Positions 38,090-50,159 of a DNA stretch of 64,000 nucleotides are shown piece after piece. This DNA comes from Camelus dromedarius. Lineage: Eukaryota. Position 1 is the first letter of the stretch; each line of letters opens with the position of its first letter. The stretch covers positions 26,600,001 to 26,664,000 of the forward strand of contig NC_087437.1 in assembly GCF_036321535.1 (NCBI RefSeq), written 5' to 3'. The notes beneath the pieces are model-generated. The model saw only the letters and a program-made list of their open reading frames with translations. It did no database searches and was not told the origin of the DNA. A program made the translations under genes and the position numbers.

Positions 38090-39527
38090 CTCTAAGGATA
38101 CCAGGCACCATTTGTTAAGTTTCTGCAGCTTTGGGGGGAGAATGTCAGTCTCAGCACAGGCATGCCCCAAGTGGAAAGATGGAAGGCAAGAGCAGACTCG
38201 TGACTAAATATTGACCTTGCATCTCTTAAGCCACCGAACTAAGCCTCAGCTTTCTCCTCTGCAAAACAGAGATCATCATGCTCAAAATTGTAAGGAGGAT
38301 TAGAGAGAATGTACACGAAGTGTTCCATAAGTTACCTTAATTTATCTAAATCACTGCTTTCTTTTGGCCAATAGTTAGTGGGTCAGTTCACCAAAATGTG
38401 CATAAAGAAAACATGATTAAAGATAGGCACTGGGAATTCAGGGTGAAGTGAAATGGGTTTGATGGCAGAAGGCTGTTACATTCTGGGAGGCCAAAAAACC
38501 CCCCTGAGTTTCAGGAACGAAAACAAGTATGACATTTGAACTGACAAGCTTACGGGCATGCTACCTTTTATTCATTCTCTCCTAATTTCACGGTTTTATG
38601 GAGAAAATAAGAAAGAAAAAGTCATACTTCAGGATCAATTACCATTTTTTAAATGTGATTGCACACCCCCAAATAGGATTAGGGGTGGTGGGGGAGGCTG
38701 CAAGTTCCAATATCTATCAAAAATGTAATCAGGTGAATTAGCAATTGCTCACATTCTCCTTCTCCTTATGAATTTTAATGCCCTTTTATTTAGTATTTGC
38801 CATACTGTGTATGTTTACAGGATTTGTTCAATTTTGAATAGCAGGTCTAGGAAAAATATTTTCCTTCTAAGTATCTACCATTTTTGCTGACTTCCTACTT
38901 TGATACAACAATGCTCCTCCAGAAAACGCTTTTTAGGGAATTCCACATGGTGTCATTGCCTGGAGTTTCAAAGGATTAAACCAAAGGGATGTGGCTTTCC
39001 TGCTAGCAGCAGAACTCAGCACATATTCTCTAGTTCCACAGAACTTCTACTTCCTCCTTCCTTCTCTCCCTTCTCCTACCTGGGACTCCAGAACTGCTTG
39101 CTCCCCTCCATCCCCAGTGGGATGCTCCAAAATGCAATCTTTTGCAACAGAGCTAGCTCCTCTTGTGGATTTAGCTTTGTTAAGGATGTCGACCTCCTGA
39201 ACCCTAAATCTGAAAATACAAGGAAATAATGTCAACCAAAAGTCATGTAATACAATATCCTCTATTAATACCAGCCCAAATCTGGAAACATCCCCAGTGT
39301 CCATCACAGTGGGATGGATGCACTGTAATAAACCCACTCAGTAGGACACTACAGAGCAATGAGAATGAACACACTGCAATTTCATGCAACGATATGCATG
39401 CATGTACTATTATAGTAAAGAGGCAAGACACAGAAGAATGCACGTGGTACTCTTCAATGATGTTAAAAGCAGCAAAACTAATCTCTGCCATTAGAAGTCA
39501 ACCTAGTGGAAGTCAGGCTGGTGGTAA

Positions 39528-39973
39528 TGTTGCTGAATGCAAGTTCATGTGCCCAAAACACTGCGAGGCCAAACCAACCAAAACATTGCCGTTTGGTGCC
39601 GAGAGAGGTTTACTGCTGGGCTGAGCAAGGAGATTGGAGGCCTTGAGCCCCACCCCTGCCCAAATCCCTGAAGGGTTTCAGTTGAGCATTTTCAAAGACC
39701 AGGTGAGAGAGGGGCAGCCCAGAGTATGTGATCAGCTGTGCACAATTCTGATTGGTTGATAGTGAAATTCTTAGGAGCCAGAAGTTTGGGGAGCTACGTG
39801 CTCAGGATCATCAAGTAGTTAATTTCTTCCATTTGGTGGTGGTTTTTGGCATCTGAGAAACTCAGGAAATATGCATCAGATACTATTATTTGGGTACTTC
39901 AGAGAGGAGCTACAGCAGAGGATACTGGGGAGGGGTCTGTCCTGGGAAGGTTCATGGGTCCTGCTCAGTTACA
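39528..39973 (-). repeat. 3' LTR of provirus
   Basis: Follows the PPT on the minus strand; poly(A) signal reads AGTAAA (39609-39614). Confidence 0.9.
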
Positions 39974-40139
39974 ATTTCCCCCTTTTCTTTGATCCTCCTC
40001 AGTCTTGAGGAGAACAGGTGTTGGACAAGAAGGGGAATGATATTTTAGATAGAGAGATTAATCATAAACTCAGCAGAGGAACTCACATTCCTGTTTCATC
40101 CTTCCCCAGATCCTGTTTCATCCTTCCCCAGATCTCTCA

Positions 40140-40527
40140 GGGGTTGGGGTGATGATTGCTCTGGCTACTTCCTGCTGTAATGGGGCATAGTCCTGCCTGA
40201 TTTGCGGGATGGATACTGTGTTGGAAACACTCCCAAGTTCCAAGTCCTGGATCTGAGTCTTGTATGAGTAAGGTCTCATTCCCTGAGGAATTCCGGAGAA
40301 TAAGCCTGAAAACCAGTACGGACCTGGCACTTTGGAGAGACTTGTAGCCAGGCAGCCAGTTGTCTACTTTGATCTGAATAGGTTTTAATTTTTGATGAAG
40401 TATTAACATATATGTAACAAGGGCTTTTGGCCACTACACACATCTCCTTTTTCTCTGCTAACATCTGATCTAAAGCAATTTTATTCTCTAAAAATTTAAT
40501 AATTATTAGAGAAGACCTTGAGGTCAT
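40140..40527 (-). pseudogene. Degenerate ERV env transmembrane subunit (ISD and CX6CC region)
   Basis: ORF 40276..40527: FLENKIALDQMLAEKKEMCVVAKSPCYIYVNTSSKI..QLAAWLQ resembles gamma-type TM LxNRxALDxLLAExGGxC-x6-CC-xYINxS. Frameshifted continuation WFSGLFSGIP. Confidence 0.8.
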
Positions 40528-40620
40528 AAGGTTACAGCTACCATCTGCCAGCAGACACTACTCTGAGAATGGCTGGTGGCCTTCTGAGTATGTCACAGCT
40601 CAGAAAACTAGAGTTCTCAA

Positions 40621-41075
40621 TGGGAAGTCACAGAAGAGTTTTGGCAGGTGTGTAATATGAACAGATCTGCCTTTTTAAGAGATCACCCTGGCTCCAGGGT
40701 TAACAATGAATTGGAGAGGGATGAAAATGGCAGTTAAAAGACAAACTAGAAAGTTTAAACAATAGTCCAGGCACAAGACGATGGCGTCATGAACTAAGAG
40801 CACAGTCACAGAGGTGGAGAGAAGTACAAGGGCTCTCATGAGTTATCCAAGAATTCAGAGCAAGACCTGGTGGTGGACACAAGAGGAGGAAACCACAGAG
40901 TGGGTGGTATCAAGAATGACAACCAGGTTTCCGGGTGGCAGATTATTGGAAAGCAATAAACACCCTCCCAGCCTTCTTAGGATAGCAATGAGACAGCTTC
41001 ATCAAATCAAAACTGTAGGCATGTCATAAGAATAATGATGACAATAACTAATGTTTACTGAGTAGCTACTAAAAA

Positions 41076-41155
<80 letters not shown>

Positions 41156-41158
41156 AAA
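40621..41158 (+). other. Retroposed host sequence (L2 fragment, unique DNA, MIR/L2 end) with (GAAA)n tail and 19-bp TSD, inside the ERV
   Basis: agaaaactagagttctcaa (40602-40620) and agaaaactagagttcccaa (41159-41177) flank it. Tail A7(GAAA)n from 41071. L2 text aagagatcaccctggct..aatagtccaggcacaagacgatgg. Confidence 0.8.
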
Positions 41159-43081
41159 AGAAAACTAGAGTTCCCAACAATCCAGGAATGTGTCTGAAAT
41201 CACATCCACAATGGCCACCTAGTTTTACCTTGGATGTCTGAACCACATCCACTCCATTTTGACTTTCAAATGAATTCCCCTCCTCAAGGCCAACGAAGAC
41301 GCACAATGCATGTCCAAAAGACCATAAAACAGGCTGCTTTGGTCAGTAAAGTTTAAGTCAAAGTGTACATAAGCTAGAATGACTTCCCCAGACCTCGATA
41401 TGTGCAGATTTTCCCATCATTTCCCCTTTTGATTACAAATCTTTCATTAGGAAGCATTGATGATCAAAATACCTGTCCCCTGATGCTGCGTTGGTAGCTC
41501 TTGCCTCAAATTTAGTTCATGTCCCTTGGCACTGGGACTCCTTTATATTTGCCTAGTTATCCACGTTGGAGGAAAACTAATCACATATTGTGAACCAGCT
41601 CAGAGGTATGTTAATGGGGAAACACTTAATAGGCTATACATTTTATCACATATACCCAATTGTTACACAAGCATCGTACACGTGCTTTTAGCAATAGACT
41701 TAAAGCAAGCACTGTTATACATCATGGGCAGTTTCACTCTGTGACAACTCCATTAGAGAACTCTCTTCCTATCCTAGACACTGGGGGCAATATTGATAGG
41801 GAGACAAACATTTGGTAAACAGTTCAATTAGAAACACAGATTAAAAGCCAGGAATACTTCAGACAACCAAAAATTATAATCACATTCATCAGTTCACTCA
41901 ATTCTATGCAATCAATCCCTTTTACTAAGTTTTATGAAATCAGTTTTCATTAGACTTCTTAAGTATCTTACCAGAATCAGCAGTATAATTTGGAAAAAAA
42001 AAAAAAACTGTACTTGTCAAAAAGTACTTTTTTTGAGTCTTCTCGAAGGTAAAGCAGTTTTGCAAAGCATCAGCTTAACTGTATGAATGACAAAAGACCC
42101 AAAAAGGTAAAAGATCTGATTACAATGTTTTTGACAAAAAAGCTTAACCAAGTAGTTTGAAGTGTTTCCTCCATTATTTTTTAGTAGCTTCAATTACATA
42201 TTTAAATTAGAATCCTCAATTATTAAAAATCTTGATTACTGGTGAATGTTTCAGTATTTAATTTGGGGGAATGTCCTAGCTATTCAACTACTCAATAAAC
42301 TTTCATCACATAACTTAACTCAGTACAATGCCAAAATTTCAAGTTATCAAGTATTTGGAGAGATATTTTTAAGTAGGCATTCATAAAACATAATTATTTC
42401 TAAAGAGTTCACCCCAAAGCTCTCATCTCATTTGCATTTTATAAGAATTTCATCATACCAAGTTAATTTTTTTCTTTTTGCTGACAAATTCTGCAACAGA
42501 AACATGAACTCATTGATCTTCAGCAAACCTAGGTGCAATAAAAGCTGTATCTGTGTTGATTACACCAACAAGCTTAAGCTAGCTTTTATATTAGATGTCA
42601 GTTTAATATTGAATATTTCCTAGATCACATGAAACTACTGAAACTTGTTCTAGCTTCTTTTATACTTAGCAGTATTCAATTTGTAAGCACTTTATTTTTA
42701 AGTCAATTAAATAGAGCTCATTTACAAGTTAACTTTTAACATAAAGACATACAGAACCAAAGATCTGCTTTTCCCTCTTGAGTTTAAGAAAAAACAAAAA
42801 ACAAAAAAAAAAACCTCTTTTCTCCTTGAGAGCCCAGGTAGACCATCAACATCTCAAAGACACAGGAAGAGAAACGCAAATTCCTCCTCTAACTGCTTGT
42901 ACAAAACCCAGTCATCTTGGCTATTTTCTGGGATATTTTTTCTAATTCCCAAATATCCACTTCAGTTTAAAGAAATTAACAGTAATAATTTTATATACAA
43001 AATTCACTTATATTCACAAGCCTTACTCTAAACAAAACCAGGAAAAGAGAAAGGATTTGGACTCATTTACTGAGATAAATA

Positions 43082-43245
43082 GACACACATATACACATAC
43101 AGATACATACACACACATACACACAACATCCACACACACACACACAGACACATACACACAAGCGCGCGCACACACACATACGGGCCTGCATACACATATG
43201 CACACACACACATATGCACGCACACACATGCACACATACACCCAC
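43082..43245. repeat. Compound (CA)/(TA)-rich microsatellite within the ERV
   Basis: Directly visible. Confidence 0.9.
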
Positions 43246-44386
43246 CCCCCAAGGTAAAAGCCGAAGCAACTATAAAAGGCCCACTTTGACTTGCTAGCAG
43301 AGCCACTAGGGGCCATTGTTCTCCAGGTCTCAGGGGTACTGAGCCCACACAGTGTGACAATAAAAAATATTATTTTCTTTCATTAATGGGAGCATAGCTG
43401 AAGCTCTCCTAGTTTTGAATAACATACCCTAGGGGACTATAAGATGGAACAGCGCTCTGATCATCCATACTTAAGTATTCATGGACGATGTTATCAAATA
43501 TCAAGCAAATAACAAATCAAAACGGTTTCTCAGGGTCAGAGTGACTTAGCCCCAAAGGAAGATCCCCAACCAGTGCCCCATCAGAGAGGAAGCTGAATGA
43601 ATGCCCAAGGCCAGAAACAGAAAATCTCAACCAAGAAGCCAATGCAGCAGGCAAGGATACCCTGGTGTCATCACACGGGCCCCCTGTTACTCACCAAAGA
43701 CATCTCAACCAGCCAGTGCACGAACTGATACATACACATACAGACAACAAACACGGCCCCACAAACAAAAGATCAGATGAGATGCAACCCAAAAATTCAA
43801 CTTCCACTCCCAGACAGAGGCTTCCATATGGCGTGGCTCCCAAAAGTGAACGGACCCAGAGTGGCTCACTTCCTGGAAGGGAAGGAGCCCAGGAGGAGCA
43901 GGTAGTTTCCCATCCTGCCGAAGCCAGAGTGGCTCACCCCAAAACCATACACACAAAAACACAAGCAACAAATAAGCTCCAGTCACACAGGCATAAAATT
44001 AGAGAAGATGTAGTCTAAAAATTTCATTTCTACTCCCAGACAGAGGCCTCCAAACAGATTGTCCCAGCTGCCGAAAGAGAACGGACCCAGAGTGGCTCAC
44101 AGTGAGCCCAGAGCAGCTCACCTCCTGCAAGGGAATGAGCCCAGGTGGAGCAGAGAGAATTCCCAGCCTGTGCAAGCTGGAGCCACTCACCCCAGGTGAC
44201 ACCGAATGTAGACCACAGCTCCGGACACTTCTCCAAACAGCCTTATACCGGTGCCTGTCAGGGAGAGACCCTCCCAGGTCCTGGGAGCGAAGTGAGCTCC
44301 CGCAGCTGCTGGGACCCAGGAAAGCGGCTGCCCCCAGTGGGGGTCAACCTGCCCTGGGCACAGACTCCACGCTGATTCATAGAAAT

Positions 44387-44893
44387 TGTTACTGAACCAA
44401 GTCCGTGGACACAGAGTGGCTGGGCCTAACACACAGTGAAGTCAGTCAAACTGAAACTTTGAGTTTGAAGCAGAGAAAGTTTTATTGCAAGGCCAAGCAA
44501 GGAGAAAGGATGCCTCGTGCTCAAAAAAAAAAAACAACAACAACAACAAAAAAAAAAAACCACCAACAACAACCCAAACTTCTCAAAGGGTTTCAGCCGA
44601 GCATTTGTAAAAGCCAGCTGAGGGAGGGGCATCCCAGGGTGTGTGACTAGCTGTGCACAATTCTCTGCTTGCTGGTGATCAATCCTTAGGCACCAGAAGA
44701 TCTGGGAGCTAAGTGCTCAGGATCATCAAGTAGTTAATTTCTTCCATTTGGTGGTGGTTTTCAGCATCTGAGAAACTCAGGAAATATATATCAGATACTA
44801 CTGTGTGGGTACTTCAGACAGGAGCTACTGCAAGGATATGGGGAGGGGTCTGTCCCTAGAAGGCCCCATAGGGTCTTGCTCTGCTGGGTTACA
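44387..44893 (-). repeat. 5' LTR of provirus
   Basis: Homologous to 39528-39973. Intact AATAAA on the minus strand (44481-44486); A/AAC-rich expansion at about 44523-44575. Confidence 0.9.
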
Positions 44894-45699
44894 GTAACCT
44901 TGTGTCGGGGTCGTGACTGGGAGGGTTTCTGCCAGTGGTTACATGAGTGTGTTCACTTTGTGAAAATTTACTGAGCTCTTCACTTAGGACTTGTGCATTT
45001 TTGCAGATGTAGACTATCAAAAGTCACAAAACATTCCAGGTGTAGATAATCAAACTAAGAATTCAAACAAAAAATAAAAACATTTTAAAACCCTAAAATA
45101 AAAATTTCCAATATTTTTATTTCTTTGAAAATCCTCTTTCTTTCACTTTAGGAGAATATAGTCTCATAGCAAAGTTACTTTAAGCTATGATAACACTTTT
45201 TAGAAACTAGAAGAAGAATTAAAGATTTGAGTTCGAGTTTCCACTTAATTTTCCTATTGATTGCTGTGCACTGTGCATTAAGCTCAGAATGTTATTGCAA
45301 GAGATCGCTGGGATCATCTAGTTAATCTCCCTCAACATCCATAGTGGAGCCAAGGTCTAGAAAAGTGAAGTGACTCACTCAAGGACACGTGTTCTTTAGT
45401 AATAAAACTGACATGAAAAAAGTTTTCAAGATGTAAGTGGCAGTGGCAGTTTGTGGCCCCAAAGTTCCCATAATTTCTCCTTCTATGTTTAAGAATAAAA
45501 ATATTACTGAGAAGCATAATTGTTATTGTATAATAATGGGACATTAGATAAATACAGAACTTTAATTAATCTGCTCCATTTAGACAGGGACTAGTACTCT
45601 TCATTTAATTATTGTGACTCTGAAACAAAATTCCCTTTTAATTGGCACTTGTAAGATAGCTTCTCCTTGAGACTTAAAAAAAAAAGTGTGATAGGAGAG

Positions 45700-46090
45700 T
45701 GTAGGTTATGATCCCATAACAAACAGCCCCTAAATCTTGGTAGTTTGAAACAGCTCACGTTTATAATCGTGCCACGTGTCTATCAAATATCAGCAGGAGC
45801 TTGGTTTCCCCTCTTCATGGTCCTCTGTCTGGGACTCGGGCTGAAGGGAAGGCCAGTCTCTGGACTGTGGGTGGTGGTGATGGCGGTGGGGGAAGAGAAT
45901 GGGATAAAGCACACACTGGTTTTGGAATCTTCTGTCTGGAAGTGACACACACAACTTGCACATCTATCTCTGCATCAGAGCAAGTCTCCTGATGACCCCC
46001 AACCTCCCTTGGCAGGGCAGTGCTATCCTGCCACGAGTCTGGAAGGAGGGAGAGCTGGAATATTTGGGAAGAGCTCTAAAGACTATCTCC
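45700..46090 (-). mobile_element. Old MaLR LTR (MLT1K/L-like)
   Basis: ataacaaacagccc.aaatct..tctgtctggaagtgacacac. Confidence 0.55.
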
Positions 46091-46868
46091 AAAAGCAACA
46101 GAAACTGTAGCCCATGGAAGTCCTACATTTCCTCATGAGTTTTACCATAATCACTGTGACCTACGCTACTTAAACATATGATGGAGTGAAGATAAACTCT
46201 GCAGAAAGAAAAACTAGACATAAAAGGCAGCAGTGGAGGATATAAATAAAACTCGTTCAACTATCATTGAAAGGATTTTTATGAAAGGCACGAAGTGGTT
46301 TTGTGTGCCTTTCTGCAAATAGTTTAGTGGGCTGAATGATCAATATTCCTCTAAAGTGCCCAGGACCATTTTGACGAAAGGCAACTAAATAAATGAATTG
46401 CCCTCCAGGGCTACAACACTGAACTTAAATGAAAGCAGCTTACAGGGATGCAAACAAAAGGCGTCCCTTGTGGTCATTGTAGCATTAAACATCAACTAGG
46501 AGAGAGTGCTGTTAAGTAGAAAGAGAGAAAAATCATTTTGTTGGGGCTATAGTCTCTAATATTAAATTGTTTCAAAAGAGAAAAAAAAATTTGACAGATA
46601 ATAGTTTGTCCCATGACTTTCTCCTGTTTTTTTTTTCTCTGCACACAAACCTACCCATAAAGTCATCGGTACTAATAAGTGAAAGCGAGAATGTGTCAGG
46701 CCTCACTCCTCAGCCCCTCTAAGCCATTACTTTCTGTACTGGGTTTCAAGGGCTATTGTCTTTGGTGAGTAGCAAATAAATATCTTTTTAAAAAAACATC
46801 TAGTGAAGACATGCATTTAAATGGGCACTGGTCAGAAAGCAAAACTGGAATGTAAGTGACAGTCTATT

Positions 46869-46870
<2 letters not shown>

Positions 46871-46942
<72 letters not shown>
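46871..46942. repeat. Perfect (AC)36 microsatellite
   Basis: Directly visible. Confidence 0.98.
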
Positions 46943-46943
<1 letters not shown>

Positions 46944-48058
46944 GTGACTTGGCTAGTTAGAGGTGCTAGTGCATAATGTGTCCCTGGAATTAAGTATCCT
47001 GTTTATGTGCTGTCACACTTAGAATGATGCCGGGTTCAAATACTTTCTTTACAACCTCAAAAAATGTGAATACATATAATACATCCTTCTGGGACCTCTG
47101 TAGTAGGAATGTTTTTGATGCTCTACCGTTGTCTTATTTCTTAGTTTCAGTGTCCAAGTGTTTGTGTGTATCATGGTATAAGAACATACATGGACTTACA
47201 GCTGCATCAAGGAATACAATTGGTTATGAATTATCTTCCTATTTTTTTAATTTCTAAAGGAAAATTTTTAGGTAAAATTTTTTTCCCTCATTGTGGAATA
47301 TACGAGTGAAAAAGTAACATACAGATATGATTCTGGAATATTAAATAACGTTCCAATGTAATAAAGATAGAAATTTTGAGGACCACACCAAGGGTGTGGG
47401 CTCCTGGAACAGAGGTCCAGGTAGAGCAGTCAGATGTAGACGGTGGTTTAGTGAGGCCGGGCCCAGGTTGGGCCAGGGGACGGTGTGAGGACTGGGTGGT
47501 CAGGAGGGCAAGGAGAGGGAGCAAAATGTGAGACCAGCTTTCGCCTGCTGCTGGGTCAGAGGCAGTCCAGACACATGAGAGCCCTCCAAGAGAAAAATTC
47601 CCCTGACACACTCTGAAGGACTTCTGTCCTCCCAACCTAAGGCTTCTTTGCTTGTTGCAATTCCCCAGTAGAAGCTTAGTGCTTCTGGGACTGAATGTCA
47701 GCCTCATTCTCCTAAGAACTCTCCAGTTGAGAACAAAGTTCTTGCCTTCTGGCTTGACTTGGGCCTCCAGCAGTGGTCTCCATGTTCACATTTGTTACCT
47801 CAGTGCTTAAGCTTGGCACATACAGGTGCCAAAATCATTGCTGAATAAGTGAATTTTGAATTTTAAAAATGTAAGCAGGATGAGAAGTGGAGCAAACAGT
47901 GATGGGCACATTATCTTCCAGAAATCATTCATTCCTGGTCCAGCACCAGGGCCTTCAGGCGAACCTCCCTAGCAAACCAGGCACCTTTTGGAGTTCCAGA
48001 AGACTCATTCAGGCCTTTGCTTGGGTTTCTTCCTTTGTTGGCATTTCACCTCCAGTTC

Positions 48059-48422
48059 TGTTGAAATAAATTTCTAGGCCAAAGATGGAGCCACTCTTGC
48101 CTGGGGTGCATGTCAGTGAATGGAAACTTAGATAACTTTTGTGTCCCTAGAAATGCTCCCCTAGACCAGAAACACAATATATCCAGTCAGCCAATCCCCA
48201 AACACCAAGCCAGCCCTGGGCTGTTTCACCCCAAAACAAGGTGGACTGTGTGGCCCAGCCAATCAGAGTTTCTATTTCTCTCTCTTTTTTCTTTATCCTA
48301 TAAAGTCTTCCTGCCTTCCACCTCATTTTGTAATTCTACAAAAGAAGGCTGTCTGCTTCACGAAGTGTTAAATAAAGTTTGTTTCTATCACATAAATGGT
48401 CTTCTTTAATCACTTTTTAACA
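48059..48422 (+). mobile_element. ERV1-type solo LTR
   Basis: TGTT...TAACA termini, two CCAAT boxes, CCTATAAA (about 48297), AATAAA (48371). 4-bp TSD gttc/gctc. Confidence 0.8.
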
Positions 48423-49371
48423 GCTCTTACATAGGAACTCAAAGCACCTTCGTTCACATTCATTTATGCTACAAGGCAGTTGGATGAAAATGTCAACACT
48501 CTCATGACACAGAAGGAAGACCAAAGGTACAAGTCCAATTTCATGGGGAGGACATGTGAAAGGAGGAGATTAGCAACCTCCTAAATTACACTGATCTCAC
48601 TGTGGCCTGGTGAAGAGTGAGGTACCTAATTCTGTAAACACCAAAAGCAGCAGCAGAGCACCCATATATAAACACATGACCTTTCAGATGCATTTGACAA
48701 TGATTGCATTTTGAAACTGCAATAACTCTGCTCTCTCAGGGACAATACTCATCTTCTAACACCTAGCTAAAATCTGGAGCAGATGAACACTTGAAATTTG
48801 AAGCTGAACACACTTAGGTTAACAGTTTATATCACCAAGAAAACAATAACAAAAGGGATGCTGATTTTTTAAAAACATTTTCAAATACTCCAAGGCTTAA
48901 TGTACACTTTTTGCAAAGCACAAATTAGATACAGCACAAGCTAACATTAATATCTTCTTGCATTTATAACTATCCTTCCAAATTTATTGTGAGAACGCTA
49001 ATTAAGAAGCAGTAATTTTCAAAATGTGTTTTATCACCTCTAATAAAGCTCTTGTCCCCTTTGCTCTATGGCCAACAATGCACATCTTTATGTTCTTTTT
49101 GTTGGATTCATAGTGGATACAAATGACATTTCTGGGATGGAGATAGCAGAAAATGGGACCAAAGCAAACTCATGTTGCCCCTAAACCTCTAGTTTTCAAA
49201 ACTGTTTCCCAAAGTTCTCAACAGTTGTTCTCACTTTGGCTGTACACTAAAATAGTCTGGCAGCTTTTTAAAAGGATGGATACTCAGACCTCATGGGAGA
49301 CCATTTACAATTTTTGGAGAATGGAGCCAAGGAATTTTCTTTATTAAAACTCCTATGTGATTCTAATCCAG

Positions 49372-49720
49372 TGCTATGGTCCGAAAGTTTGTGTCCTCCT
49401 CAAATACATATGTTGAAGTCCTAACGCCCAATGTGATGGTATTGGGAGCTGGGGCCTTAGGGAGGTGATTAGGTCACGAAGACAGAGTTCTCATGGAAGA
49501 GATTAGTGACCTTATAACCGAGGCCTGAGAGTGTTCCCTTGCCCCATCCACCAAGTAAGAATACAGGGAGAAGTCTGCAATCTAGAAAAGAACCCTCACC
49601 CGACCATGCTGGCACCTTCATCTTAGACTTCCCGCCTCCAGACTGTGAGAAATAAATTTCTGCTGTGTATAAGCTGCCTGGACTGTGGTACATTGTTACA
49701 GCAGCCTGAACAGACTGACA
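49372..49720 (+). mobile_element. MaLR solo LTR (MLT1A0-like) inserted in a MER5-like MITE
   Basis: tgctatggt..gttgaagtcctaacgcccaatgtgatggtatt..gaaataaatttctg..cagactgaca. Perfect 5-bp TSD TCCAG (49367-49371 / 49721-49725). Confidence 0.9.
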
Positions 49721-50159
49721 TCCAGCTGGGGTTGAGAAGCCATCAGGCTACAACCACAGGAACCAACCAGCTGGTGATGTCTCTTAGATGGAAACTTCTT
49801 TATTTAGAAGGCCCAAATCCCTGCTGGCTGGAAAGGGAAAGCTTGGTCGTGTTTCTCAAACTTCTCATTTTCTTATCACTTTCATAATTTTTAGCACATT
49901 CATGGAGGTATCTTGTGTCCTAGTCTTTAATTAAATTTTTCTTAGATTAAATTGCATTTTAAGCTGAAAGATATTTAAAAGCAAAATTTCTTATTACAGC
50001 TGTAAATAGAAAATCAGTATCATTTACCATCAAAAGAAGTGTGGGGGGGGGACAAACACCCCTATATTATTCAAATTAAGCCAGACACTGTTGTTTGCTT
50101 AAAGGTATCCAGATAGATGCCTGCTCTCTTTTTGTTAACCAGGGAGTGGAGAATCTTGT

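Larger units (their letters stand above)
39528..44893 (-). mobile_element. Two-LTR non-autonomous class I (gamma-like) ERV provirus
   Basis: Homologous LTRs at 39528-39973 and 44387-44893, each TGTT...TTACA. Perfect 4-bp TSD GTAA (39524-39527 / 44894-44897). Polypurine tract (minus AAAAGGGGGAAAT) abuts 39973. Env TM remnant; AT-rich non-coding interior. Confidence 0.9.
39250..45020 (+). mobile_element. Old L1ME-like 3' end split by the ERV (pieces 39250-39527 and 44894-45020)
   Basis: aaaactaatct..ttagaagtca..gtggtaa | ccttg..ggttacatgagtgtgttcactttgtgaaaattt reads as one continuous L1ME 3'UTR when the provirus is removed. Confidence 0.75.

Noticed and set aside
40276..40527. Possible syncytin-like domesticated env gene
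   Set aside because: Only a short TM piece; no signal peptide, SU or furin site seen; CX6CC is broken and the frame shifts before the membrane anchor.
43023..43360. Cys/Val- and His/Thr-rich ORFs
   Set aside because: Translations of the (CA)n compound microsatellite.
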